Notes: a model not told the origin generated them from the letters alone. A stretch of DNA of 56,773 nt from Bdellovibrionales bacterium RIFOXYD12_FULL_39_22 (GCA_001770205.1 MEQL01000009.1:1-56773), one strand, 5' to 3'; counted from the stretch's first letter, positions 46,285-56,773 are shown. Numbers and translations are program-made.

Positions 46285-47910
46285 CTATGCATTTGCCTGT
46301 TTGCGATCTAAATATTCCTGATAACTACTATCGTAAAGATAGACAGATCCTTTGTCTACCTCCAATACTTTATTTGTAAGTTGATGCAGAAAATATCGGT
46401 CATGGCTTACCATCATAATAGTTCCCTGATAACGCTTAAGAGAATCTAATAGTACCTCTCGTGATTTTATGTCTAGGTGGTTGGTTGGTTCGTCTAGAAT
46501 TAGAAAATTAAACTTTGAGGTTAGTAGGTAAGCAAGAACAACGCGGGCCTTTTCTCCTCCAGAGAGATGTTTAATCTTTTTGAAAATTTCATCGCCACGA
46601 AATAAAAAAGCGGCCAACAGGTTACGTAAAAAAGCATCGGTATGGTGTGAAAGCTTTGCCTGCATCTCCTCAAAAATCGTCTTCTCAAAATCAAGAGATT
46701 CCAAAGTGTATTGCCCGAAGTAACCGACGGCGATACTAGGGCCAAGATTAGCACTTCCGGCGGTGGGCAGAATTTGTCCGGCGATTATTTTCATTAGGGT
46801 TGATTTACCGGCACCATTTACTCCCACTACTGCAATTTTTTCTTGTCGTCGTATTGTCGTGGTTAAATTCGAAAAAACATGATTAGCTCGCTTTTGAGAG
46901 TCGTACCAGGTTTTACTTAGGTTAGAAATTACGGCAACGTCATTACCACCACGGGGAATTTCTGGAAGTAAAATAGACATTTCTTCCTCTTCTGACACTA
47001 ATTCAACGCGTTCAATTTTTTCTAATTTTTTAACCCGAGATTGGACTTGTGCGGCATGGGAAGCGCGTGCTTGAAAGCGAGCAATAAATTCCTCTTCTTT
47101 TTTTAACATATCCTGCTGACGATTAAATTGTGCCTCATTCTGTTTAAGACGAACTGCCCGTTCTTTGGTATAGAAGTCATAATTACCTGAGTAGATAGTA
47201 ATTTTTCCGGCGGCAATTTCGATAGTTTTTTTGATAATGCGATTTAAAAACTCTCTATCGTGACTAGTCATTAAGATTGCGCCCTTAAAGCTCTGACACC
47301 ATTTTTCTAACCATAAGATGGTTTCCATATCAAGATAGTTAGTAGGTTCATCCATTAAAATAAGATCTGGCATCACGATTAAAACTTTGGCCAAGGCGAT
47401 GCGCATTTTCCGGCCACCACTAAAATTTTCTATTAGTTTATTATGATCTTCTGGAGTAATACCTAGGCCGGTTAAGATTTCTTGGGCCTCGCTTTCAATG
47501 GTGTATCCACCACGTCGTTCAAACTCAATCTGAGCATCTCCCATTTTTTCTAAAATTTCATTCATCTGTTGAGTGGCAAGAGTTGGATCACAAAGTAGTG
47601 CTTCATATTGGGATAGCGAATGTCGTAGTTGTGCAACAGCGCTATTGCCTTCAATTACTTCTTCTAATGCACTCCTTCCGTGCATCTCCCCAACTTCTTG
47701 TGAGAAATAAGCGATTTTAGTCTGGCCTAAAAAACTAACCTGCCCTTCATCGGGGCGTTCATCTCCAACAATAAGACGAAAAATAGTGGTTTTTCCAGTA
47801 CCATTGGCGCCGACTAGGCCTATTTTTTCTCCTGGGTTTATTTGAAAACTGACATTGGAGAAGAGATTTTTTCCTCCTAATACTTTTGAAATGTTAGATA
47901 GATTGATCAA
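46285..47910 (-). CDS. ABC-F family ATPase
   Basis: Two NBDs (GANGTGKT, FSGG, DEPTN; GVNGAGKS, LSGGE, DEPTNHLD), linker, no transmembrane segments. Confidence 0.93.
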   Translation of the reverse strand: MINLSNISKVLGGKNLFSNVSFQINPGEKIGLVGANGTGKTTIFRLIVGDERPDEGQVSFLGQTKIAYFSQEVGEMHGRSALEEVIEGNSAVAQLRHSLSQYEALLCDPTLATQQMNEILEKMGDAQIEFERRGGYTIESEAQEILTGLGITPEDHNKLIENFSGGRKMRIALAKVLIVMPDLILMDEPTNYLDMETILWLEKWCQSFKGAILMTSHDREFLNRIIKKTIEIAAGKITIYSGNYDFYTKERAVRLKQNEAQFNRQQDMLKKEEEFIARFQARASHAAQVQSRVKKLEKIERVELVSEEEEMSILLPEIPRGGNDVAVISNLSKTWYDSQKRANHVFSNLTTTIRRQEKIAVVGVNGAGKSTLMKIIAGQILPTAGSANLGPSIAVGYFGQYTLESLDFEKTIFEEMQAKLSHHTDAFLRNLLAAFLFRGDEIFKKIKHLSGGEKARVVLAYLLTSKFNFLILDEPTNHLDIKSREVLLDSLKRYQGTIMMVSHDRYFLHQLTNKVLEVDKGSVYLYDSSYQEYLDRKQANA

Positions 47911-47988
47911 GAGGATTTCCTATTTTAAAATTTACGGAATTATCGAGAAGGTAGATTTAGCATGGCCAATATGATTTTTCACTTAAAT

Positions 47989-50900
47989 TTAGTCATTATC
48001 AATTTTTAGCGGTAACAAAATAAGTCTAATCTGTTCCTGATCTTTGCAAAGTAGGGCGTAGGCATAATCATTGCGCGCTCCCCACATTACGGGATTTTTG
48101 GCAATACATTGTGAAGGAATTTCAAGGTTAAATTTCGCCGGAGAGACTAAGTCCTGATTTTCATCTATGGTGGTTATGTAAATATGTTTACTGTTAATTT
48201 GAGTTGAATCGATATAAAGCGCCGGACGAGTCTCTCCGAGAATGTTCACAGTTACCGGAGAGTATAATTCTTGAAAGATATTTCCAGGCAAAAAACTAAA
48301 GCGATTTATCGGCACGGAAGAGGTATGCTCTTTACCGTTTGAATTTAAACTGTGATATATAAGTTCATCTCGACTTTGCCAGAAAGAGTGATAAATATTT
48401 TCTTTTCTAAAACTGGCCAAGAATCCAACAAGATGATCACGTCTATAGCTTTGAACTTGTTGGAAGGGAAAGTTAAGAGAGCTATTTGCAAGATCTAGTG
48501 CTAGGTGGGTGGCAATGTCATCACGCTGAAAACCGATAAAAACAGTTAGCCCAGTTAAATCGATTGAACTCCGCGTAATATTTATCGTTGGATAAACATA
48601 GTTATTGGCCAGATCACCGAGAGAACTATCTAGTAGCTCGAACTTATATTTAGAAGAAGTGTTGATGGGAACTATATAGAAGTTTTGTGCTAAATTTTCC
48701 CCAGAGGAAAAGATGGCCCGCAGTATTCCCGCCTGATAGTCGCTCCGCGATTGGGGAAGAACGTAGTGTAAATATAGTTCTTCATCCCAGTCAGTATCTA
48801 GTTCTCTGGTGGCCATTTTTATAAATTTATAGTTGTCAAAAATTCTAGTTTTTAGAACGACACTACCATTATCTATTTCGGGGGCCAAATAGTAGATGTG
48901 AGGAATATTATTACGCGCATCTACCAGGAAGGAATTGGGATTTTTATCCAGAAGTGGAACCTTTCCTTTGGCCAAAAAGGCCGGAAGGGCAACTTTGCCA
49001 AGTTGTGCAGTAGTGAAAGGAATAAACCAGAGAGTTTTAAGATCAATGAAGACTGTTTCTGGCGTGAATTTCCAATGTGATAATTTTTCAGAAAAAAGTG
49101 GAGAGAGGTTATTATTGTAAAAGGAGTATAGCAAATATTGCTCCTTTTCTGTTTTGACTAACGAACCGACAAAGTAATCATCGTTTCCATCGTAGTTGAT
49201 ATCAACCTTGAGAATAGAAATTAGTTTTTTTGCGTTGGGAATTGAGATAGAGGGAGCTAGTTTAGCATAGCTGTCATTTTGTAAACGAAAAATGGCAATT
49301 TCCATACCTTCTGGTGAGTACTCCTCTAAGTAGTATTCCGGTGAAGTGGTATTAGAAAACTTATTGGTGATAGTGGATAAAAATTCACTTTTTTTGGCGC
49401 TGATCGGCAGTTGGAAGGTGACAAGATCATGATCAGCGGCCAGATCTAGCGTTCGTGTGATGGTTAGATGATTATAGTAAGTTCGCTTATTGTTACTGCT
49501 TGAGCTGATAGTAATTTCTGCGGCAACTTTATTAGAAATAGAGGTATTTGTAATTTGACCATTTACCTCTAAAGTCGTTACCTCTCCAGAAGAAAGAGAG
49601 TCAATGTTAAAGTTAGATTTGCTTAATATCAAATGTGGTGAATTGAGTTTAATGGATACAACAATATTTTTCTCAATTGCCCAATAGTTTTTAATAGGTA
49701 GCGTAAAGGAAAAATTGCCATTTGCTTTGGAATAATTAATGTATTGAGCATGTTTTAAAATAGGCCTTACCATCGGTTGGGCCGAAAGCGTTAAGGCTTG
49801 CTCTAGGTTGGGAAGTCCATCGATACTAAATTTTTTGCCGCTGGCCGCGGGAGAAGAGGAGAGCGCTAGACGGGCAAAAAGCTCAGAGTTGGTAGCATCC
49901 TCTAGAGATGCCTTCAAGACTCCCAGCATAGCAGAGATAAAAGGAGCGGCCTGACTTGTCCCACTTTTGATTTCATATCCTTCTACGGAAAATGCCAGCG
50001 GATTTAATTTCTCTGGGTAGGTGCTTAGAATATTATCTCCTGGGGCCAAAAGATCTACGCTACCTCCATAATTAGAAAAACGAGATATTTTTCCATCGTT
50101 ACTAATAGAGCCGACACAGGCAACACCATCTAGCGCACAAGGGTATACTGGTTCGCTACTATTATTGTTTCCGGCGGCGGCAACGATGATTATTCCACTT
50201 GAGAGCGCTAGATTTATACTTTCATTTAAGTATTTTGTTTCTAAACTTTTTGGCCAGCCTAGACTTAGATTGATAATGTCAGCTTTCATTTTGATGGCAT
50301 ACAAAATACCTTTGGCCAGTCGGTCGGAGAGGGCCAACGTGGCCTTATTATTTTGATCTTTTTTATATAGAACTTTTACCGGAAGTACTTTTATATTTTT
50401 AGCAATACTGGTTATTCCGAGATTGTTGTTTGCTTCTGCCGCGATAATACCGGCCAGATGAGTTCCATGCCCATCATCATCATAAACTAGATTGTCGCCA
50501 CCTTCCTTTTTGCTGGTAAAGTTCCAGCCCATACAGTCGCCGCTATAACCATTTTGGTCATTATCGGCGAGGGGATTAAAGGGAAGTTTGCCATTTTCAC
50601 ACTCTATATCATTTTTTAAAATATTGTTTTTTATATCTGAATGATCAATATCTATTCCACTATCTAAAATGGCCACAACGATTTTTTTATCACTATTTTT
50701 TCCCATCGTTGAAAATATTTTCTTAACACCGATATCTGTTTTTTCATCACCGGCCACCTGTTCATAGTGAATGTCGTCCACGTCATATTGTATAATTTGT
50801 CCATGATTGAAAAGTCCCCATTGGTAGATAGTTAAAGGATCGTTGCTGTAGTGAATATCGCTACTGCGGTTGGGAATGATAGAGAAAGGTTCAAATTCAA

Positions 50901-51210
50901 AAACCTCTTCAACATTCACCACTCCACTAATATTTCTAATTGTTCTAATATTATTTTGAGGGCCATTAGAAATTTTTAGATCAACATTGTAGAGTCGAGA
51001 GAAGTAGTCTGATTTAATATTGTCGAAAGAAGATATTTTGATGATATCGCTGTTGGCCTTTATGAGCTGCTGGATTTTTTCTGCGGATAGTTGTTTGTTG
51101 AATTCAACAATAAAGCGTGCAGATCTAGCGGATTCTTCAGCGGAGATGGCCATGCTACTTATGATGGTTGAGATTATTGTTATACTTAAGATTGAATTTA
51201 TTAGTTTCAT
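47989..51210 (-). CDS. Large secreted S8 subtilisin-like serine protease
   Basis: Triad ILDSG, GHGTH, SGTSQAAP; oxyanion AAGN; signal peptide, prodomain, long C-terminal extension. Confidence 0.93.
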   Translation of the reverse strand: MKLINSILSITIISTIISSMAISAEESARSARFIVEFNKQLSAEKIQQLIKANSDIIKISSFDNIKSDYFSRLYNVDLKISNGPQNNIRTIRNISGVVNVEEVFEFEPFSIIPNRSSDIHYSNDPLTIYQWGLFNHGQIIQYDVDDIHYEQVAGDEKTDIGVKKIFSTMGKNSDKKIVVAILDSGIDIDHSDIKNNILKNDIECENGKLPFNPLADNDQNGYSGDCMGWNFTSKKEGGDNLVYDDDGHGTHLAGIIAAEANNNLGITSIAKNIKVLPVKVLYKKDQNNKATLALSDRLAKGILYAIKMKADIINLSLGWPKSLETKYLNESINLALSSGIIIVAAAGNNNSSEPVYPCALDGVACVGSISNDGKISRFSNYGGSVDLLAPGDNILSTYPEKLNPLAFSVEGYEIKSGTSQAAPFISAMLGVLKASLEDATNSELFARLALSSSPAASGKKFSIDGLPNLEQALTLSAQPMVRPILKHAQYINYSKANGNFSFTLPIKNYWAIEKNIVVSIKLNSPHLILSKSNFNIDSLSSGEVTTLEVNGQITNTSISNKVAAEITISSSSNNKRTYYNHLTITRTLDLAADHDLVTFQLPISAKKSEFLSTITNKFSNTTSPEYYLEEYSPEGMEIAIFRLQNDSYAKLAPSISIPNAKKLISILKVDINYDGNDDYFVGSLVKTEKEQYLLYSFYNNNLSPLFSEKLSHWKFTPETVFIDLKTLWFIPFTTAQLGKVALPAFLAKGKVPLLDKNPNSFLVDARNNIPHIYYLAPEIDNGSVVLKTRIFDNYKFIKMATRELDTDWDEELYLHYVLPQSRSDYQAGILRAIFSSGENLAQNFYIVPINTSSKYKFELLDSSLGDLANNYVYPTINITRSSIDLTGLTVFIGFQRDDIATHLALDLANSSLNFPFQQVQSYRRDHLVGFLASFRKENIYHSFWQSRDELIYHSLNSNGKEHTSSVPINRFSFLPGNIFQELYSPVTVNILGETRPALYIDSTQINSKHIYITTIDENQDLVSPAKFNLEIPSQCIAKNPVMWGARNDYAYALLCKDQEQIRLILLPLKIDND

Positions 51211-51211
51211 G

Positions 51212-54200
51212 CTAAAACCTCTCCAAAATCCAGTAGGCGTAAAATTCATTTTCATTCATTTCAATTTTGTTTTGCATATTGGATAAAGGCCCTAAGATAT
51301 TTTTATCTCCAAACTCCCCGATTGAATTGGAGATATAAGGTCGATCACCGGCCTCTTCTTTTTCACGGAATCCTTGAACGTTGGCAAAAGCGTAGAGATT
51401 AGATTCTCCGCCCACTACTTCAACAATTCCGGCAAGCGGTAATTCACTGTTTAGAATTTTTAATATCTTCATTAAGCGATTAAGTGCCACTTGCGGATTG
51501 CAAGATAGCGCTGCCAGTTGATAATCATCTCGGTATTCCAGGTAATTATTATAATTAAGTCGTAGTTTATTTTCCCAGTTAGGCCCATCTAGATATTGTG
51601 TTTGGGATTCATCGCGATTAGCGTATTTGTACATTATTTTAAGTAGTTTTTCACTGGGTATTTTTAATAGAGCATTGATGCCAGCATTATAAATAAAGGT
51701 TTGGAATTTTATCTCGTATAATATTAATTTTTTAGTATGGAGAAAAACTTCATCATTTTGGAAAAAGCGGCCATGAAATTTGCGATTAATATCAGATATT
51801 ATCTCGTTGGCCTGCTCTTTTTTGATAGACCAGCCACGCCAAGCTTCAGTAATGTTTATGAAGGGGCGATTGATGCTATCGCATTTTGCCCCGCGCATAT
51901 TTTCGCTTTCAATTTCTCCCTCTACTTGCATTGTTTTCCCGTGAGAATTACCAAAGACAGAATTGCCGGCCTGTTCACTGGTGGAGGTCGATATGTTGAC
52001 ATCTTCGAGTTCTAAGAATTCATCTTTTATAGCATTTATGACGTCAGTGGCCATCTGTTCATAATGTTTTCCGGTGGAGTTTCCTTCCTTGATTCTTAAA
52101 TAACGATTGGTTCCGCCACTAGGATGGGCAACTGTAAGCAAATCTTGGTCATTTTGTTTTGTCCAGCGCCAGAAAAAAAGTGACATTTTTTTTGAGCTTT
52201 GAGTAAAGGAATGATGTAGTTTATATGGAGAATTAAGCACAGAAACTAACTCAACAGAGTTTCCAGTTAAAAGTTCACGAAGCGCCGCAATTGCTAAAAA
52301 AATATCCGGGTTAACTTTTTCGTTACTATTGATGTTGAGATTATAAAAGTCTGTCTTGGCATTTCCCGCACCGCCCAACGCTTGAATATTGATTATGGGG
52401 ATAATCCCTTTTAGTCCAATAGAGATTCCAACTTTACCAACATCCCCGAGACTTTTATAGATCTGAATGGTGGAGCTATCTTTTTTGTAGATATGTAAGC
52501 GAGATAAAACAGTCCCGTTGGCCATCAAAGAGGCGTGGGCCTTGATTTTCTCTGTAAATCCATATTGGGCAGTTAACATCGGTTGGATTCCAATTGAATC
52601 GGAAATGATGATAGATTCTCCGGTGGCAAAGGATTCATCAAAAATGGCAAAAATTTCTTCGAGTTTTTTCTTTCGCTCTTCTATATCTGGCATGTTTTGT
52701 ACTTCATCTATGTTTGCAAAAATTTTGGCAAGATTGTTATTTAATCTTGGCACCATGATGTTTTTAAAGGGATACTTTAAGGCCTTTTTCATGCTCTTGA
52801 TTGGCTGTAGGTGAGTGTAGGTGCGCATGATGCTGGCCTTGGCAGTACCACTTAGCGCCCAAGGTGCTGTTACCCCTGTAGTTCCTAAAAAGGCCCCGCC
52901 GGCAACAGAGAAACCAATGGTGTCGGCCAGCTGAACTTTATTATCTACTCCCATATAACTTCCAGAGACAATTTCTCGAGAAGCGATCAGGTCAAAAGTT
53001 CCCGTGGGAATGGCCCAGAAACCAAAGGATGTTTTTTCCATTTTCCCCGTTTTAAGAAAGTTTAAAAATTGTTTTTTTGCTAATTCATATTGCTTGTCAT
53101 AAATGTCTTGCTGCAAATCCATGAGTTGGATTGCCTCATTTATTTGCACAAGAGCGTTGGAGATTATGTTGGAGATAAACTTAGATTTGATAAAGGCAAA
53201 AATTTCACTGGACGAAAGAGGAGATTCGGGATCTCCAAAGGCAAAACGTTCACTATGCCCTTCCCAATTTTCTTGCATCAATTTTCCTTCGACTAATTTC
53301 TCTCCGGCCGAGAGTTGTTGATTAATCGCTAGTGCGGGGGCCTTAATTTTAAAAAGTTCTATCAAACTATTTCGGCGAGAGATCATTTTCTCCGTAAGCA
53401 ACAGCCTAACTTCTTCAGGTAAGTAAGCTTCTGCAGAAATGCTTATGAAATCATTGCGTGTTAATTTTGCTAGGCGATTTAGAATCCATTTGGCATCTTC
53501 AAACGAGGTAGAAAAACTATTTTCTTCTGATAGATCTAACTTAACTCCTTCACTAATAACTCGTCCAGCAGTCCAGGCAAAAAGATTTAAGCTCTCAGGG
53601 ATATCTACAATAGCGTAGGGAATTTGTAGCGCATTTAATACTCGCCTTCCTTTAATAACGGAGTCGGGGATAAAGCCAATCGATAAGTTGTAAACGTAAT
53701 CATCTGCTGGCATGACGATAACGTCTTGCATGGTGAGTGATTTTGCTCCCTCCGCTACTTCTTCAGTAATCCATCGTTTAGGATCGCCAAAGGTGGCCTC
53801 TGCCAAGCGAGACAAGAAGGCCTTGGTGCTAATGTCGTTGGAAAAATTTAAAGTTATTTTGGGAAGGTATTTTAGTGGAGTGGTGAAGTATCCCAATTTT
53901 GAAAGCAGAGCGCGATTTAGCAGGACGTTGTGGATTTTTTTATTGGCCATGATGGTAAAGGTTTGTGGACGGCCATTGATATTTTTTATTACATTAAAAC
54001 GAAAATTTCCAGTGCGAGAAACTATAGGGGAAACGTATTCTACGCTGTCACCACTCTCTATTGCCAGTTGGCCGATCTCCTCGGGAAATCCGGCCTGTGC
54101 CCAAATTGCAGATTCTTCAGGATTTAATTTAGCTAAATCAAAGGAGTGATCGGCCAACACCTTTTTATGTAACTCCTGTGGCAGTTGAACTTTGCCATTA

Positions 54201-54352
54201 TAAATCAAGTCCGTGGCCGGAGCATTGTTATATTTTAGTGGCACCAGGCCGGGGACGGTGGAGGCGGCGTAGGTGGCCAGTGCTGATATACTCAACGTAA
54301 TAATAACAGTGAAAGATCGGATAAATTTTTGCGTTTTTTTTGATATTTTCAC
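51212..54352 (-). CDS. 1046-aa secreted hypothetical protein
   Basis: GTG start with GAGG RBS; signal peptide; stop lies 1 nt from the S8 gene ATG. Confidence 0.85.
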   Translation of the reverse strand: MKISKKTQKFIRSFTVIITLSISALATYAASTVPGLVPLKYNNAPATDLIYNGKVQLPQELHKKVLADHSFDLAKLNPEESAIWAQAGFPEEIGQLAIESGDSVEYVSPIVSRTGNFRFNVIKNINGRPQTFTIMANKKIHNVLLNRALLSKLGYFTTPLKYLPKITLNFSNDISTKAFLSRLAEATFGDPKRWITEEVAEGAKSLTMQDVIVMPADDYVYNLSIGFIPDSVIKGRRVLNALQIPYAIVDIPESLNLFAWTAGRVISEGVKLDLSEENSFSTSFEDAKWILNRLAKLTRNDFISISAEAYLPEEVRLLLTEKMISRRNSLIELFKIKAPALAINQQLSAGEKLVEGKLMQENWEGHSERFAFGDPESPLSSSEIFAFIKSKFISNIISNALVQINEAIQLMDLQQDIYDKQYELAKKQFLNFLKTGKMEKTSFGFWAIPTGTFDLIASREIVSGSYMGVDNKVQLADTIGFSVAGGAFLGTTGVTAPWALSGTAKASIMRTYTHLQPIKSMKKALKYPFKNIMVPRLNNNLAKIFANIDEVQNMPDIEERKKKLEEIFAIFDESFATGESIIISDSIGIQPMLTAQYGFTEKIKAHASLMANGTVLSRLHIYKKDSSTIQIYKSLGDVGKVGISIGLKGIIPIINIQALGGAGNAKTDFYNLNINSNEKVNPDIFLAIAALRELLTGNSVELVSVLNSPYKLHHSFTQSSKKMSLFFWRWTKQNDQDLLTVAHPSGGTNRYLRIKEGNSTGKHYEQMATDVINAIKDEFLELEDVNISTSTSEQAGNSVFGNSHGKTMQVEGEIESENMRGAKCDSINRPFINITEAWRGWSIKKEQANEIISDINRKFHGRFFQNDEVFLHTKKLILYEIKFQTFIYNAGINALLKIPSEKLLKIMYKYANRDESQTQYLDGPNWENKLRLNYNNYLEYRDDYQLAALSCNPQVALNRLMKILKILNSELPLAGIVEVVGGESNLYAFANVQGFREKEEAGDRPYISNSIGEFGDKNILGPLSNMQNKIEMNENEFYAYWILERF

Positions 54353-54469
54353 AAATACCTCTAAATAAGATTAAAGAGATCACTTGTGATGTTTTTAACA
54401 TGCTTTTGCGCTGCGCGACATAAAAACCGACGCAGACTGTAAAAGCTATATAGCTTTAATGTTTAAAAT

Positions 54470-54509
54470 AAAAAAAAGGGGCCTTTAATATAGTGTCAAA
54501 GGCCCCCTT
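54470..54509 (-). terminator. Intrinsic terminator after lipoprotein paralog
   Basis: Minus strand GGGGCCTTT...AAAGGCCCC followed by T8. Confidence 0.75.
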
Positions 54510-54537
54510 CTAAATTGATAAAATAGTTAAGTATTAA

Positions 54538-55323
54538 CTAGTTAACTAAGATTTTTTCAATAATCTTGTTCATATGTTCTGGAGAGACTTCATTGATGGC
54601 CGCAGCATCTTCAATTAGCTTGTTTAGATCTGTTTTATCTCCCTCTGCTGATTTTTGGAAACCATTTTTTAAGGACTCGATATTGGCCCCAAAAATTTCA
54701 AGTGCAAAGGAATTGGCATCCGCATCAGTCATACTTCTGGTTTTTGAAAGCTGTGACCACTCAGAAGTTAGTTTAGCAATATCAGTAGAACGCTTTTCAC
54801 TTAATCCAAATTCGGCGGTTAAGTATTCGCTCATTTTGGAAACTTTTAATTCCTCTTCAATTCCACCGATTTTTTCTAGGTCTTTAGATTGCTCTCCCAC
54901 ATCTTCAAAGTAAACGTCACCATATCCATTGTTGCCTTTCCAGGCCTGGTTGCCATAGAAGTCAGTTCCGGCGCGGGCCACTTCAAAACTTTCCACATTA
55001 TACCAGTCAAGTTCATCAACGTATTCACTCCAGCTCATGCCGGGAACATAATAGTATAGATTGTAGGCCATATAAGCATCTTGATAATCATCCCATACTA
55101 CAATGTAATTGACTTGCTCAGTTCCATTTTTAACGACGTAAGAGTCATCGGCGTCCCAGGGCATGTTGCTATTTAGCATAGTAACAAAACTTGAGGCGTA
55201 AGCAACTTCTGAATAGCCATAGTACACATAACTATCACTATCATCACTACCGCCACCACCACCGCTACAAGCATAGATAAAAAGTGTCATTGAAAGCGAA
55301 ATTAAAACTAATCCTCGATTCAT
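54538..55323 (-). CDS. Hypothetical lipoprotein, paralog A
   Basis: Lipobox IYAC plus Gly/Ser tether; near-identical to 55545-56324. Confidence 0.85.
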   Translation of the reverse strand: MNRGLVLISLSMTLFIYACSGGGGGSDDSDSYVYYGYSEVAYASSFVTMLNSNMPWDADDSYVVKNGTEQVNYIVVWDDYQDAYMAYNLYYYVPGMSWSEYVDELDWYNVESFEVARAGTDFYGNQAWKGNNGYGDVYFEDVGEQSKDLEKIGGIEEELKVSKMSEYLTAEFGLSEKRSTDIAKLTSEWSQLSKTRSMTDADANSFALEIFGANIESLKNGFQKSAEGDKTDLNKLIEDAAAINEVSPEHMNKIIEKILVN

Positions 55324-55544
55324 CTTTTTCCCCCTGGTTAAAAAATATTTCTATGGTGTTTTGTTGCTCATAAACGTATCGCTGGAAGAAATCCATAGTT
55401 TGCGCTGTTATACGCTAACTGGTTTTTTTTTATATAATTATTTGAATATTTGAAAAGTTTACAAAAACTAAAGAGATGGATGGGCAGTAAAGTTCCGGCC
55501 CATGCCTGTTAGAACATGGGCCAGAAGCGTCGGTTAGAAAAAGA

Positions 55545-56324
55545 TTAGTCTGCTAAAATTTTACTAACAATTTTATTCATGTGCTCAGGTGAAATTTCAT
55601 TAATTTCTGCTGCTTGCTCAATCAATTTATCAAGATCTGTCTTGTCTCCTTCAATTGACTTTTGGAAACCATTTTTTAAAGTATCAATGCCAGTTCCAAA
55701 TATTTCAACAGCAAAAGAATTGGCATCCGCATCAGTCATGCTTCTGGTTTTGGAAAGCTGTGACCACTCAGAAGTTAATCTGGCAATGTCGGTAGAGCGT
55801 TTTTCGCTTAATCCAAATTCAGCAGTTAGGTACTCGCTCATCTTGGAAACTTTAAGCTCTTCCTCAATTCCACCAATTTTTTCCAAGTCCTTAGATTGTT
55901 CTCCAACGTCTTCAAAGTAAACGTCGCCATACCCATTATTACCTTTCCAGGCCTGATTGCCATAGAAGTCAGTTCCGGCGCGCTCAACCTCAAAGGTCTC
56001 TACTCCATACCAGTCAAGTTCATCAACATATTCACTCCAGCTCATGCCGGGAACATAGTAGTATAGGTTGTATGCCATATATGCATCTTGGTAATCATCC
56101 CACACAACAATGTAATTGACTTGCTCAGTTCCATTTTTAACCACGTAAGAATCGTCTGCATCCAGTGGCATGTTGCTATTTAACATGCTAACAAAGCTTG
56201 AAGCGTAAGCGACATCGCTGTATCCATTGTAGGTGCTGCTGCTGTCGCTGCCCCCTCCGCCACCACCGCAAGAAAAGATGAAAAGTGTCATTGAAAGTGA
56301 AATTAAAATTAATCCTCGGTACAT
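55545..56324 (-). CDS. Hypothetical lipoprotein, paralog B
   Basis: Lipobox IFSC plus Gly/Ser tether; tandem paralog. Confidence 0.85.
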   Translation of the reverse strand: MYRGLILISLSMTLFIFSCGGGGGGSDSSSTYNGYSDVAYASSFVSMLNSNMPLDADDSYVVKNGTEQVNYIVVWDDYQDAYMAYNLYYYVPGMSWSEYVDELDWYGVETFEVERAGTDFYGNQAWKGNNGYGDVYFEDVGEQSKDLEKIGGIEEELKVSKMSEYLTAEFGLSEKRSTDIARLTSEWSQLSKTRSMTDADANSFAVEIFGTGIDTLKNGFQKSIEGDKTDLDKLIEQAAEINEISPEHMNKIVSKILAD

Positions 56325-56773
56325 GTTCTCCCCCTTGTTGGAAAATGTATTATCGTTCCCTGTATAAATAATTACAGCGAAATCATGGGGTATTTCTATA
56401 AAAATAAGCTTACTTTACTAGGGGGAATTGTGATGAGTAGAACGTGTCATTTTGCACCTGTTCCGTTTGAGTAGGAACATAGGAAGAAAAAAATATTGTG
56501 GTGTAAAAATGGCCCTTAAAAAAAATTTGCCTAAAACTTTTCTTACAATGTTTTGTTTGCTTGAGCGATGAGGTGGTGCCAGCTTGCCACTGATACTAAA
56601 AATTGTAAGCGTAAATTTAATCAGCAATCTGCGAGATAGAGATAATAGATAGAAGCTACTCCTTGTTAAAATCGTTGTTCTCATTAATACTAGTACCTCA
56701 TAGGTGATCGGTATTTTCATGTTGCGTATAGGTTATGAGTTGGTCTGAGGAACAAAGCTGTTAAGGGGACATT

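Noticed and set aside
54538..56324. Paralogs as a diversity-generating retroelement TR/VR pair
   Set aside because: Differences are mostly synonymous and not adenine-specific, both are full genes, and no reverse transcriptase is in the window
56418..56720. 100-aa minus-strand ORF
   Set aside because: No RBS or recognisable motif; likely spurious

Overview
AT-rich bacterial chromosomal window. Gene content and protein families suggest Bdellovibrionota, Bacteriovoracia-like (inference, no search run). The left edge is the boundary of an integrative element: the probable tail of an IS630-family transposase, a tyrosine integrase apparently interrupted by that IS, a cluster of CCTGAGCA repeats, and tRNA-Glu/tRNA-Lys. 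Most of the window is housekeeping: mtaB, murJ, rluA-like, manA, rimM-trmD-SPOUT-rplS-rnhB, rsmI, folC, lptD, surE, M23 peptidase, acnB, fba, hypAB and an ABC-F gene. The best candidate for an undescribed system is a CheA-less signalling operon divergent from flagellin (38080-43547) with a sigma28-like promoter. It encodes a pseudo-receiver/acidic-repeat scaffold, a degenerate HD-GYP protein, CheY, an HPt-like protein lacking its His but carrying CheZ-like catalytic and C-terminal motifs, and CheX. Other notable items: a pseudo-receiver with a duplicated Cys4 domain, a TetR double-operator switch driving an 18-codon ORF, a coupled giant secreted protein and subtilase pair, a FecR plus TPR/beta-barrel pair, a TrpF-like pseudoenzyme, and strong GGCC over-representation. 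All calls come from motif recognition by eye.
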